In this document: positions 63,563 through 64,000 of the stretch, piece by piece
Position numbering within the stretch: the stretch's first letter is position 1
Layout: every line of letters begins with the position of its first letter
Assembly: GCA_963761595.1 (NCBI GenBank)
Contig: CAVXHE010000004.1
Coordinates: forward strand, 105,601-169,600
DNA: 64,000 nt
Reading direction: 5' to 3'
Source: an uncultured Alphaproteobacteria bacterium
GTDB lineage: Bacteria > Pseudomonadota > Alphaproteobacteria > Rhizobiales > Xanthobacteraceae
Made by a program: the position numbers and the translations under genes
Notes under the pieces: model-generated
Told to the model about the DNA's origin: nothing
Database searches by the model: none
Seen by the model: only the letters and a program-made list of their open reading frames with translations

Positions 63563-64000
63563 ATGAGTTCGACGAAACAGAAACGTCCATTGGCGAAAGT
63601 CGAGCTTGCGCGCGCGCAGGACGCCGCGCCAAAGACAGTGACGATCCTTGGCGCGACGGGCTCGATCGGTTCGAGCACCGCCGATCTGTTGCGCCGCGAC
63701 CCGGCGAGCTATTCCGTCGAAGCCGTGACCGCAAATCGCGACGCCGCCGCCTTGGCTCGCTTGGCGCGCGAACTCGGCGCCCGCTTTGCGGCCGTGGGCG
63801 ACACGGCGGCTTATGCCGAACTCAAGGCCGAATTGTCGGGTTCGGGCATCGAAGCGGCGGCCGGGCCGGAGGCCTTGGTCGAGGCGGCAAAACGCCCCGC
63901 GCAATGGGTCATGGCCGCGATCACCGGCGCCGCAAGCCTCGCACCGACCCTTGCCGCCGCCGAACGCGGCGCCGCCGTAGCCCTCGCCAACAAAGAGTGT
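63563..64000 (+). CDS. dxr: 1-deoxy-D-xylulose 5-phosphate reductoisomerase, N-terminal 146 codons (runs off window end)
   Basis: ATG at 63563. The NADPH-binding start VTILGATGSIGSSTADLL is followed by ..AAITGAASLAPTLAAAERGAAVALANKEC. Not in the ORF track because no stop is reached. Confidence 0.88.
   Translation, partial: MSSTKQKRPLAKVELARAQDAAPKTVTILGATGSIGSSTADLLRRDPASYSVEAVTANRDAAALARLARELGARFAAVGDTAAYAELKAELSGSGIEAAAGPEALVEAAKRPAQWVMAAITGAASLAPTLAAAERGAAVALANKEC

Overview
High-GC alphaproteobacterial chromosome segment, Hyphomicrobiales/Rhizobiales-like, possibly near Bradyrhizobiaceae judging by DUF3551, DUF1127 and DUF6894-type small proteins, Bug/TctC and characteristic REP hairpins. 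It is mostly conserved core genome. In order: rnr (fragment), topA, a small accessory block, dprA, a B12-binding radical SAM gene, plsY, a fused pyrB-pyrI type ATCase, an AidB-like acyl-CoA dehydrogenase, ruvX, tRNA-Val, HU, tRNA-Asp, a sulfotransferase and a large Gly-rich beta-helix/Hint-domain protein. Then comes the complete nuoA-N complex I operon with two extra embedded ORFs, followed by birA, rnj, mce, proS, lolE, lolD, a small low-GC islet, dnaE, an ABC-F ATPase, and rpsB-tsf-pyrH-frr-uppS-cdsA-dxr. I see no integrase, transposase, CRISPR array or recognisable defence system, and no convincing large novel multi-gene system. Four items seem most worth follow-up. (1) Two adjacent alphaproteobacterial LexA boxes (GTTC-N7-GTTC type) overlap a sigma70-like promoter that drives an unannotated 32-codon hydrophobic ORF just upstream of dnaE. 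(2) A 74-bp direct duplication of the dprA 3' end brackets a 1.8-kb cassette. (3) A promoter-equipped, hairpin-dense, roughly 350-nt non-coding stretch lies upstream of the radical SAM gene. (4) An orphan minus-strand intrinsic terminator between DUF1467 and proS implies a small RNA. A major caveat is that by manual reading about 40 frame changes, strongly clustered, plus one in-frame stop disrupt otherwise conserved and partly essential genes. This most likely reflects consensus indel errors, so every apparent pseudogene or fusion here, including the nuoL-nuoM read-through, needs read-level confirmation. All identifications come from reading the translations and DNA by eye. No database search was run.
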